20,000 nt of DNA from an uncultured virus (IMG/VR IMGVR_UViG_3300037493_005394). Lineage: Duplodnaviria > Heunggongvirae > Uroviricota > Caudoviricetes. The notes beneath the pieces were generated by a model. The model was not told the DNA's origin. It did no database searches and saw only the letters and a program-made list of their open reading frames with translations. This document shows, piece by piece, positions 7,953 to 15,003 of this stretch. Position 1 is the first letter of the stretch. Every line of letters starts with the position of its first letter. The position numbers were made by a program, and so were the translations under genes. The stretch lies in the IMG/VR virus record IMGVR_UViG_3300037493_005394; one strand, 5' to 3'.

Positions 7953-8149
7953 CGCGGGCCATCTGCGCTTACCTCGACCCTGGCGGCGTCCTCTACTGCG
8001 TGGACTGCCTGCACCAGCATGGGCGGCTGGAGGAGGCCCAAGCGGGGCGCGGATCGGCCCCGTGGGTCCGCGTGTACAGCGATGGGCGGCCCCCTCGCGA
8101 GGATCCCTGCGCGGGCTGTGGCCTCCTCGTCGGCGAGGTGGGGCTATGA
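7949..8149 (+). CDS. small Zn-finger protein
   Basis: YCVDC...CAGCG; ATGA overlaps. Confidence 0.65.
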   Translation: MTRAICAYLDPGGVLYCVDCLHQHGRLEEAQAGRGSAPWVRVYSDGRPPREDPCAGCGLLVGEVGL

Positions 8150-8436
8150 TGGATGAAGAAAAGCGGTTGGCGTGGGTGCGGGGATTGCGCAAGGGCGATT
8201 CCGTCTTGGTTTGTTCTTTAGGGTCGATGAAACACTGGATGGGTAGGGTGATGGGGCTCGGCCCCAAGGCGTTCATGGTGGCATTGGTCTTTGAGGATGG
8301 AAAGCCTAATGAGAGGTGTCGCCGGTACAGTCGGGAAACCGGATGTGCGATGGGGAAAGGTCCGGCTCAATTGGTAGAGCCGACGCCAGATCGGGTTGCC
8401 TTGGCTGGGTATCTTAAAGGAAGTCGGGGGTATTGA
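8146..8436 (+). CDS. hypothetical protein (lower GC)
   Basis: ATGA overlap; GAGG RBS; starts MMDEEKRLAWVRGLRKGD. Confidence 0.6.
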   Translation: MMDEEKRLAWVRGLRKGDSVLVCSLGSMKHWMGRVMGLGPKAFMVALVFEDGKPNERCRRYSRETGCAMGKGPAQLVEPTPDRVALAGYLKGSRGY

Positions 8437-8480
8437 TGGATGAAGAAAAGCGGGTGGCGTGGGTCAGGGGGTTACGCAAG
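8147..8480 (+). repeat. 47-bp imperfect direct repeat (8147-8193 and 8434-8480)
   Basis: 42/47 identical; both copies encode MDEEKRxAWVRGLRK. Confidence 0.9.
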
Positions 8481-8525
8481 ACTCACAAGGTGATGCTCTA
8501 TAGGAGCCATGATGGGATCGGATGA
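8436..8525 (+). pseudogene. truncated paralog of the 8146 gene (29 aa)
   Basis: MDEEKRVAWVRGLRKTHKVMLYRSHDGIG*; TGATG-coupled; the next gene starts inside it. Confidence 0.5.
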
Positions 8526-8739
8526 TTTCCGAACGCTGAACGAGTCCAAGACGGGGGCTGACGCTGCGCAGGCGCACGAGTGTCGGATGTTCCGGGCGCG
8601 GGCGCTCCTAGTGTGGATGGAGCACGAGAACCAGATGGCGGCCCGTGAAGTGGCCCTTGAGGGTTGGCTGAGCGACCATACGGCGGCGCTCGCCGCCCTA
8701 GACGCCGAGCTGCAGGCGCTGCTGAAGGAGGACGCATGA
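8509..8739 (+). CDS. hypothetical protein
   Basis: AGGAG RBS; helical C-terminus; stop overlaps the next ATG. Confidence 0.6.
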   Translation: MMGSDDFRTLNESKTGADAAQAHECRMFRARALLVWMEHENQMAAREVALEGWLSDHTAALAALDAELQALLKEDA

Positions 8740-9014
8740 CGGCGCTTTATCCGACCGATTCGTTGCCGCCGTTGCCCGACATGTCAGACCACGTTCCGCC
8801 GGTCCCGAAGAAGCCGCTCGTCGACTGGGGGTTCGCCTGCGGGCGGCACTACCTCACGGTCGCGGGGTACATCGTTGCGATGGAGGGGGATCCCATCCGG
8901 GACGCGGACGTGTTCGCCCTGCAGAGCGAGGCGGCGCGGAAGTTGGGCTGGAAGGGCTGGGACGGGGAGGCGATTAAGGCGGTCTGCGCGGTGGCCAACA
9001 AGGCGCAACCATGA
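8736..9014 (+). CDS. hypothetical protein
   Basis: ATGA overlap; AAGGAGG RBS. Confidence 0.6.
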   Translation: MTALYPTDSLPPLPDMSDHVPPVPKKPLVDWGFACGRHYLTVAGYIVAMEGDPIRDADVFALQSEAARKLGWKGWDGEAIKAVCAVANKAQP

Positions 9015-9286
9015 CGCAATTTAATCGGTTTTTGGTGGTTGTCACGTTTGTTGCCGCGGGCTGTGTGTGCGGAATAGGCTGGAGATGCGCGCAAACGCAG
9101 ACCGCTAGCGTTGAGAATGTGTCGTCAGAATCGATCAAGGATCTAAAGATACGACTCTATAAAATGACGCGGGACGCCACGCAGTTTCATAGGGAGCTGG
9201 AGGCGTGCCAGCGGGCGAAGGGTGTCGAGTGGCGAGAGCGTATGGAGGCAGTCTGTGCGGAGTACAAGTTCGAGGTGATGCCATGA
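9011..9286 (+). CDS. N-terminally anchored coiled-coil protein (lower GC)
   Basis: Hydrophobic N-terminus; ATGA overlaps. Confidence 0.6.
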   Translation: MTQFNRFLVVVTFVAAGCVCGIGWRCAQTQTASVENVSSESIKDLKIRLYKMTRDATQFHRELEACQRAKGVEWRERMEAVCAEYKFEVMP

Positions 9287-9558
9287 AAAAAGCTAGGACC
9301 CACATTAGCATGCTTGGATGTGCGCCAGTGCTACAGATCGAGCAACCACTGGCCGACGGCACCACCGGGTGGCGCAAGGTTTACTGCCCACTGTCATCTA
9401 GTTCCGACGGTGACCCCTGCGGGGAATGGTGCGTGTGGTTTGATGTGGACGTGCGTGACTGTGATGCAAGCGCAGGGCTGGCAGAGCGAAAACTGGTCAC
9501 TTGCAAAGGGACGCCCATCGCAGAACTGGTGGATGGAATGGATCCGGTGACGCCATGA
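9283..9558 (+). CDS. Cys-motif hypothetical protein
   Basis: CP...CGEWCVWF...C pattern; GAGG RBS; ATGA overlaps. Confidence 0.6.
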   Translation: MKKARTHISMLGCAPVLQIEQPLADGTTGWRKVYCPLSSSSDGDPCGEWCVWFDVDVRDCDASAGLAERKLVTCKGTPIAELVDGMDPVTP

Positions 9559-10022
9559 TGGGGCCAGGGTTCGCGGCGCATGTGGGAGCAGCCGCCGTTC
9601 AGCGGGTAGCGATAGTCACGCTCGCAATCGTGGGGATCAGCGGGGGTATGGGGGTCGCGTTGTTGGGGTACGCAAGGTTCGACGAGAGGGCCACCACGGC
9701 GGAGACTGAGAAAGCCATGTTGCAAAAACGCCTCGACGCGGTGCAAAAACGCCTCGACGCGGTGCAAAAACGCCTCGACGCGGTGCAAAAACGCCTCGCG
9801 GAGGTGGAGGGATTGCTGGATGGGTGCCAGCAGGACCTGGTGGACCAGGGGATCACGGCGAACGCGCGGCTGCTGGATTGCCAGAAGGCGACGACGGAGA
9901 ACATCCGGCGCCACTGCGGGTCGTTGTGCGCCAAGTGTTACGTGCTCGTGCGGGACGTCGAGGAGGACCTCACGGGGATCCTCGACAAGCGGTGGCGGGT
10001 CAGTGCTGAGGTGCTGCCATGA
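9555..10022 (+). CDS. membrane-anchored coiled-coil protein with heptad tandem repeat
   Basis: TM segment, then (QKRLDAV)x3+ and a Cys-containing C-terminus; ATGA overlaps. Confidence 0.7.
   Translation: MMGPGFAAHVGAAAVQRVAIVTLAIVGISGGMGVALLGYARFDERATTAETEKAMLQKRLDAVQKRLDAVQKRLDAVQKRLAEVEGLLDGCQQDLVDQGITANARLLDCQKATTENIRRHCGSLCAKCYVLVRDVEEDLTGILDKRWRVSAEVLP
9721..9798 (+). repeat. perfect 21-bp tandem repeat, 3 full copies plus 15 nt
   Basis: Unit TGCAAAAACGCCTCGACGCGG. Confidence 0.95.
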
Positions 10023-10336
10023 TGGAGGATTCGCTCCCCGTTGAATACTGCGACTGCGCGGCGTGCAAGATGCTCCTTGCCATGGATGCGTTAGCGGACC
10101 GTGTCTTGGCGTTAAGGCGGGCGTGTGGTGTCGTTGATAGGTTTGTAAAGCGCCCGTGGCCCCGCCAGCATAAGGGGTGCTGTCGTTCCTCGGAAAGGTT
10201 GGAGTGGATGTACCGCATGACCCAACCGATTCGAGGGCGTATCCCGGAGGAGGGCGAACATGGGCAGGCGCAAGCTACGGCCGCGCAGGCGGTGCAGTGT
10301 TACCCCAACGACCACGACGACGATGACGACGTGTAA
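10019..10336 (+). CDS. hypothetical protein
   Basis: ATGA overlap; CDCAAC motif; 3' end overlaps the next ORF. Confidence 0.5.
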   Translation: MMEDSLPVEYCDCAACKMLLAMDALADRVLALRRACGVVDRFVKRPWPRQHKGCCRSSERLEWMYRMTQPIRGRIPEEGEHGQAQATAAQAVQCYPNDHDDDDDV

Positions 10337-10502
10337 GCGGTGCGGGGCGCTCTTCTCCTCGGGGTTGGTCGTGTGCTCCGTGCCGTTGGGGGGCACGTCG
10401 CCGACGCAGACGGACAACGAGTGGGGGAGCCGGATCCAGATGCGGCCGGGGGAGTGCCCCCGGTGCGGGCACATCACCGCGAGGAGGCAGCATGTTCAAT
10501 AA
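10260..10502 (+). CDS. small Zn-ribbon protein
   Basis: GGAGG RBS; CKRC...CPRC. Confidence 0.55.
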   Translation: MGRRKLRPRRRCSVTPTTTTTMTTCKRCGALFSSGLVVCSVPLGGTSPTQTDNEWGSRIQMRPGECPRCGHITARRQHVQ

Positions 10503-10779
10503 GAAGCAGTGGCACATCTGGCGGGCGACCTGCGGGGGGCGCGCGGTGGACGTCGTGGCGTGCGGGGGCCAGCAGGCGCGCAAGGTCGCCGCGGCCCTCT
10601 GGATGGTGCGCTACGCCGAGGTCGGGGCGGCGTGCGTCTCGCGGGGGCTGTCCTGTGCGGAGGGGCACGGGCCACGCCTCGCCCCGGAGGGCCTGGTCGA
10701 GCGCTTTGCGCGGGAGGCCCCGCCGCCCCTGTACCGGCCCCGCCTGGTGCGCGTTGACAAACCGCGTGCGATGCGCTAA
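10492..10779 (+). CDS. hypothetical protein
   Basis: GAGGAGG RBS; GC3-rich. Confidence 0.6.
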   Translation: MFNKKQWHIWRATCGGRAVDVVACGGQQARKVAAALWMVRYAEVGAACVSRGLSCAEGHGPRLAPEGLVERFAREAPPPLYRPRLVRVDKPRAMR

Positions 10780-10782
10780 CTT
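10754..10782 (+). promoter_or_regulatory. sigma70-type promoter
   Basis: TTGACA-N17-TAACTT; the -10 overlaps the upstream TAA stop. Confidence 0.75.
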
Positions 10783-10816
10783 TCTCGGTGGAGCCATAGG
10801 CTCTACTGACAACCCA

Positions 10817-10829
10817 GGCGCCTGGCGCC
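10817..10829. promoter_or_regulatory. palindromic site GGCGCC-T-GGCGCC, copy 2
   Basis: Identical to 3367-3379 in an equivalent position. Confidence 0.55.
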
Positions 10830-10846
10830 GGAAAGGGCTCTGAGCC

Positions 10847-11092
10847 ATGAACAACATCTCTAAGCACTACTACCAAGCGGGCGCCTGTAACAGCAGCACG
10901 TTAACCTCCCCTCCTGATCGCTGTTGCGGGGCGTGCGAGGCCCTGGCGTGGCGGCCCACGCTGGCGGGGGCCGTGTACTACTGCGGCTTGAACAAGGAAG
11001 AGTTGGTGGTCGAGGATGGGGGGGATGACGAGGTGCGCCCCTCGTTCGCGCGTAGCATGATGTGCTTGATGAGGGGTTGGAAGGAAAACTAG
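10847..11092 (+). CDS. Cys-motif hypothetical protein, C-terminus altered by the mini-element
   Basis: CCGAC...YYC...C; the stop TAG is supplied by the inserted sequence. Confidence 0.6.
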   Translation: MNNISKHYYQAGACNSSTLTSPPDRCCGACEALAWRPTLAGAVYYCGLNKEELVVEDGGDDEVRPSFARSMMCLMRGWKEN

Positions 11093-11274
11093 GATTAACA
11101 AGATCACGCAAGCGAAGCACTTACCGCCAGTTCGGCGGGACGTAAAGCCTGTGGAGAGGACTGCGCTGGCGGGCGTTCAACGACGCGCGTGAAACGGACC
11201 TTGGTGAAGCAGGAAGCAAGCGCTGGACTGTCGTTAGACAGTTTGGGTTAGTCTTGCAGAACGGTTGGAAGGAA
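11075..11274 (+). mobile_element. 188-bp protein-less IS607-like mini-element bracketed by GGTTGGAAGGAA direct repeats
   Basis: 12-bp repeat at 11075-11086 and 11263-11274. Removal extends the upstream ORF to ...GWKEGEAAL* with its TGA overlapping ATG 11289. Ends in GCAGAACGG. Confidence 0.8.
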
Positions 11275-11284
11275 GGAGAGGCGG
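11121..11284 (+). ncRNA. orphan TnpB-type omegaRNA: scaffold about 11121-11264, guide from 11265
   Basis: Colinear blocks shared with the tnpB 3' end: hairpin CCGCC/GGCGG (11124-11138), GCCTGTGGAGA (11147-11157), GCGCGTGAAAC (11185-11195), GAAGCAGGAA (11206-11215), hairpin ACTGTC/GACAGT (11227-11242). Confidence 0.75.
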
Positions 11285-11288
11285 CATT

Positions 11289-11846
11289 ATGAAGGGCGAC
11301 GTGGGCATCGAGGAAGTGATCGTGCAGCACGTGCTGCAGTGGATCCCGGTGGAGGGGGGGGCCGAGGCGATGCGGGAGCAGCACGCGCGGGGGCTCCTCA
11401 CGGCGGAGGCGCGCGATGGGCTCCTGCGCACCTGGGCGTTCGCGCTGATGGAGCGGCGCTTCGAGCGCTACCACAAGCTGGGGCCGCGGGACGTGCGTCA
11501 CGGGATCACGGGGACGGGAACCTGCCGGGGGTATGAACCCGACGCCATGCTCGTGGACTACCACGTGGAGCAGGCGGCTGAGGGTCGGGGCTTCTCGGTC
11601 GAGGGCTTCGCGGCGCTGAAGGTCGCGGAGGCCGTGGTGGCCGAGTGGGAGTTGGTGTGCGGGCTCACGCTACCGGGGCTCGCGCTGCTGGTGGAGCCCA
11701 TCGTCCACGTGGCGCAGTGCAGCGGGTGCGGCAAGGATGCGGGGCGCGAGGCGATCCGCGCGACGTTGCAACTCCCTGGTGGCCGGCGCCTCACGCGCGA
11801 GTACCTGGCCACGCTGGCCAAGGCGCGGGCGGCGGGGATCGCATGA
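11289..11846 (+). CDS. hypothetical protein
   Basis: AAGGAGAGG RBS; GC3-rich; CSGC motif. Confidence 0.65.
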   Translation: MKGDVGIEEVIVQHVLQWIPVEGGAEAMREQHARGLLTAEARDGLLRTWAFALMERRFERYHKLGPRDVRHGITGTGTCRGYEPDAMLVDYHVEQAAEGRGFSVEGFAALKVAEAVVAEWELVCGLTLPGLALLVEPIVHVAQCSGCGKDAGREAIRATLQLPGGRRLTREYLATLAKARAAGIA

Positions 11847-12025
11847 CAACGGCGCGTATTTTGGCGTTGGCCGTGGTGGCCGTTGTGGGGGTGGTCTTTA
11901 TGGCGTTCGGGGGCGCGTTGTTTGTGGGGCAGGACAATGGGCGAGCGGGCAATGCGCTGTTGTTTCTGCTCGGGGCAATGGTCGTGGCCACCGTGGTTGT
12001 GGCCGCAATGTACGGGGCCGCGTGA
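11843..12025 (+). CDS. small two-TM membrane protein
   Basis: Two hydrophobic segments separated by GQDNGRAGN; ATGA overlap. Confidence 0.65.
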   Translation: MTTARILALAVVAVVGVVFMAFGGALFVGQDNGRAGNALLFLLGAMVVATVVVAAMYGAA

Positions 12026-12050
12026 CGGCCCACTAACTAAGGGGTGGACA

Positions 12051-12431
12051 ATGAAGCGGATCCAACTGGCAGTCGCGTTTGCGGTGTTCACGGCGGTGAT
12101 TGTTGGGGCGAGCTACGTGTGGGCGGCCGAGGGCGATGCGGCCCTGATCAAGTGCGCGGATGGATCGGAGACGACCTATGCGAAGGAGAAGTGCGAGAAG
12201 GAGGTCAAGGGGAAGACCCTGAACTTCGAGGGCGAGGTCTTCGACATCGTGAGCGCCAAGGTGCTGACGGTGAAGCTCGACAACGGCAACTACGCCACGG
12301 TGACCTTCAAGAAGCCGATCGCGGATGAGGTGAGCAAGGGCGATTCCTTCCGGTTCAGTGGCAAGGTGGAGTTCGTGGGCTCGGGGATCATGTTCTACCA
12401 CCGTGTCAAGCAGGCTGTCCGTCTGCCGTGA
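12051..12431 (+). CDS. secreted OB-fold-like protein
   Basis: Signal peptide ending VWA; KGKTLNFEGEVFDI...SKGDSFRFSGKV pattern typical of bacterial extracytoplasmic OB folds. Confidence 0.7.
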   Translation: MKRIQLAVAFAVFTAVIVGASYVWAAEGDAALIKCADGSETTYAKEKCEKEVKGKTLNFEGEVFDIVSAKVLTVKLDNGNYATVTFKKPIADEVSKGDSFRFSGKVEFVGSGIMFYHRVKQAVRLP

Positions 12432-12856
12432 GGGTGGAATCCACAAACTTGCAGGTGTGCGGGGGCGGGCGGAAGATCGGCGTGGAGGTGACATCCATGT
12501 GCGTGACGCCGTTCGTCGATGAGGTGATCGGGGCGTGCGAGGTCGCCATTGCGCGACGGGAGCCCTGCACCGTGGTTGCGATTGTGCTGGGCCAGGGAGA
12601 TGCGGAGCGCGTGACGCAGTGGTGTCGCGTGGAGGCTGCGCGGCTGGGGGATGTTTATGACGTGATGACTCCAATACATGCCTTTGACGTGGGGGTGGTG
12701 CGCGTGCGCGTGCTGAGCTTCTCTGAGGTTGCGCGTGTGACTAAGAAGCTCCCGCGGCGCTGCTTAGTGGTGGTCGATGCTGGCGCGCGGATGCACGCAG
12801 AGATCGTGGGGATGACGAGCGCGCTTGGCGACCTCGTGGCGGCTTGTCGGGGGTGA
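12428..12856 (+). CDS. hypothetical protein
   Basis: GTGA overlap; true start may be ATG 12497 after GGAGG. Confidence 0.5.
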   Translation: MRVESTNLQVCGGGRKIGVEVTSMCVTPFVDEVIGACEVAIARREPCTVVAIVLGQGDAERVTQWCRVEAARLGDVYDVMTPIHAFDVGVVRVRVLSFSEVARVTKKLPRRCLVVVDAGARMHAEIVGMTSALGDLVAACRG

Positions 12857-12859
12857 GCG

Positions 12860-13201
12860 GTGTTCGTGCGTAAGTCTCCGCCGATGCGTCAGTACCAGGC
12901 CTGCATGGCCCCGCCGATCGTGCGGTGGCACCTGCGCGTGCCCTCCAAGAGTCATCCCGGCGAGACCCACGAGGTTGCGGGGTGGTTTCGCGAGGGGCAC
13001 GGGGAGGCGGTGTGCCCCTGCAAGGCGTTTCAGTTCCGCCATCGGTGCTCGCACCTCGAGGTGACGCGTGAGGCGTGCGGGTGGGCGGCGGTGCTGGGGG
13101 CCGAGGTGCAGACCTGGGATCAGCGTCAGGAACACCTATGCCCGCGGTGCGGGGGCCCCACGGAGTGGCGGGCATTTCTACCAGAGGGGCAGGCCGATTA
13201 G
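12860..13201 (+). CDS. SWIM-type Zn-finger protein
   Basis: HEV...CPCKAFQFRHRCSH (CxC...CxH) plus a C-terminal C...CPRC. Confidence 0.75.
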   Translation: MFVRKSPPMRQYQACMAPPIVRWHLRVPSKSHPGETHEVAGWFREGHGEAVCPCKAFQFRHRCSHLEVTREACGWAAVLGAEVQTWDQRQEHLCPRCGGPTEWRAFLPEGQAD

Positions 13202-13263
13202 CCCCTTTATACACCAGCTGCCACGCATGACGATTGGCGATCGTGTGGCGAAGCGAAACGAAT

Positions 13264-13293
13264 TTGACATGGGCCCACGGGGGCCGATAGCCT
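13264..13293 (+). promoter_or_regulatory. sigma70-type promoter
   Basis: TTGACA-N18-TAGCCT in the intergenic gap before the SLT gene. Confidence 0.6.
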
Positions 13294-13420
13294 AGACCCC
13301 AACGAACATAGCCCCGGCGGATCCGCGGGGCGTCCTCCCGGCAGGCGCATATGCGTGCGCGGCTGTACTGACGCCCCCCCATGAGAGCAGGCGGTGCGGG
13401 GCACAGAGAAGGAGGTTGAG

Positions 13421-14152
13421 ATGAACCAGTTGAAGCGCGTGTTGTGTGCGGTAGCGTTGATGTTGGTGGCCGCGGGGAGCGTGGGGGCGAATACGCCGAC
13501 GAAGGGCCAGGCAGGGGGGAGCGTGGACAAACAGGGGAACCCCGTGGGCATGCGGGTGCGGACGGAGGCCGCGCTGCAGCGCCTGGAGGCCATGGATGAG
13601 GTTGAGGAGACCAACACCTATGAGGGCGACGTGTTGTGGGTGGCAGAGTACATTCGCCGTTGGGCCGCGACGAACCCAGACTATCTGCCAAATAAGATCG
13701 TGGTTGAGCGGGCATCAGTCTTGGCGCGGATCATCGTTGATGTGTCGCGGGAGATGGATGTGGACTACCGGGTGGCCACGGTGATCTGCCGCATGGAGAG
13801 CGGCTTTCAGGAGGGGGGCATCAAGGGCTTCAAGGACGGCCGCGATCACGGGCTCATGCAGGTCAATGGGGGCACGGGCGTGACGTCGGAAGATCAGATC
13901 CGCGAGGGCCTGACTGTGTGGACGGATTGTCGTCGGGGGTGTGGGGGGTTGGAGGCGACGCTGACCTGCTATGCGATTGGCAAGTGTGCTTACCCTACGG
14001 AGCAGGGGACGTTGTCTCTCAAGGCCTGGCAGGGGATGGCGTTCAAGCAGCGTGGGACCGTGTACCGCATGAAGCTCTTCGAGCGTTCGGGGCTGACCAA
14101 GAATCGGCGCTTTGCGTCGATTATCCCGACCCCTGTGCCGCGTACTCCGTGA
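13421..14152 (+). CDS. secreted lytic transglycosylase (SLT/lysozyme-like domain)
   Basis: Signal peptide MNQLKRVLCAVALMLVAAGSVGA; VDYRVATVICRMESGF (catalytic Glu-Ser) and DHGLMQVN; AAGGAGG RBS. Confidence 0.8.
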   Translation: MNQLKRVLCAVALMLVAAGSVGANTPTKGQAGGSVDKQGNPVGMRVRTEAALQRLEAMDEVEETNTYEGDVLWVAEYIRRWAATNPDYLPNKIVVERASVLARIIVDVSREMDVDYRVATVICRMESGFQEGGIKGFKDGRDHGLMQVNGGTGVTSEDQIREGLTVWTDCRRGCGGLEATLTCYAIGKCAYPTEQGTLSLKAWQGMAFKQRGTVYRMKLFERSGLTKNRRFASIIPTPVPRTP

Positions 14153-14441
14153 GTGCTCGTGACCGTCATCGATCCAGTTTGACAATAAAAAAACGATGTG
14201 GCTGTAACCGTCGCTATTGACGAGCGAGGGGAGGCGGTGGTAGCGCTGGAGGTATGTTCAGCGTTAGGTCCCCTTCGCAATGGGTAGGAATGGTGGCGTA
14301 AGAGGGCGGTGCTGCGTAGCACTGCGTGAGCGGGGGCCCTTGAGTCGTATGGCCGCGAGCGATCGCGCGTTTGTTGCGCGTCGTTAACAAGGGAGGCACA
14401 ATGGGAGCCGCTCACAAGCCACTGCATGGAGGTCCACGCCG

Positions 14442-14606
14442 ATGTACACCGATCGCGACTTCGATCAGCCCTGGCTCAAATATGCCGAAAACGAAGCCCG
14501 CCTCTCCGCCGCCCCCCCCAAAAAACATGCCGATTCTGCCGCCAGCGACGATCGTCGTTTTACGGAGCCTCCTCCGCGCGGTCCCTCCGACGATTACTGG
14601 CCCTAG
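14442..14606 (+). CDS. small hypothetical protein (54 aa, MYTDRDFDQPWLKYAENEARL...)
   Basis: GGAGG RBS at 14428-14432; more GC3-biased than the overlapping track frames; not in the ORF track. Confidence 0.5.
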   Translation: MYTDRDFDQPWLKYAENEARLSAAPPKKHADSAASDDRRFTEPPPRGPSDDYWP

Positions 14607-14643
14607 GGTGGCGGTGCCCGTGTCCCTGCCCTGTGTAGCGAGC

Positions 14644-14994
14644 ATGGACGATGACGTGGCGGCGAGGTATCCGCGCGGGGCAGACCGGCGGCTCCTCGAC
14701 TGGGTGCGCAGCGAGGAGACGGACATCCTTTGCCAGTGCGACGACTGCGAGGCGGACGTTGAGGTGCGCCTCACGGACGTGGGGCCGATCTGCATGGATC
14801 ACTACCTGGCGCGGCCCACGTGTGAGGTGCCGGCCTGCCACCGCCCGCAGGCGGACCCCCGGCGTGGCAAGCGGTATCGGGGGATCTACCATTGCTGGCA
14901 TCACGACCGCGATCCAGCGGCGGAGGAGACCACCCAGGCGTGGGTGCGTTGGGCCGTTGATCGTCGGGCGCCGTTTGCTCTCGATGCGGGGTGA
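14644..14994 (+). CDS. Cys/His-rich Zn-finger protein
   Basis: CDDC...CMDH...CEVPAC...CWHH; start uncertain (14608 or 14644). Confidence 0.6.
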   Translation: MDDDVAARYPRGADRRLLDWVRSEETDILCQCDDCEADVEVRLTDVGPICMDHYLARPTCEVPACHRPQADPRRGKRYRGIYHCWHHDRDPAAEETTQAWVRWAVDRRAPFALDAG

Positions 14995-15003
14995 TCTTTT
15001 CGG

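Noticed and set aside
8147..8480. 47-bp repeat pair as a DGR template/variable region
   Set aside because: Mismatches are not confined to adenines of one copy, the repeats are N-terminal, and no reverse transcriptase is visible.
9721..9798. 21-bp repeats as a CRISPR array
   Set aside because: No spacers; head-to-tail, in-frame coding repeat; no cas genes.
14179..14210. sigma70 promoter at TTGACA 14179
   Set aside because: No acceptable -10 at 16-18 bp spacing.
14222..14230. GAGCGAGGG as a second target of the TnpB guide
   Set aside because: Match ends after 6 guide nt and the upstream bases differ from AGGAG; expected by chance at this GC.
13202..14441. tRNA genes in the larger intergenic gaps
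   Set aside because: No cloverleaf with a T-loop GTTCRA and acceptor stem found by eye.
2066..14643. Extended ORF-track starts at 2066, 3322, 5800, 11265 and 14371
   Set aside because: They run through tnpB, promoters, the guide region or another ORF; downstream starts have RBS or overlap support.
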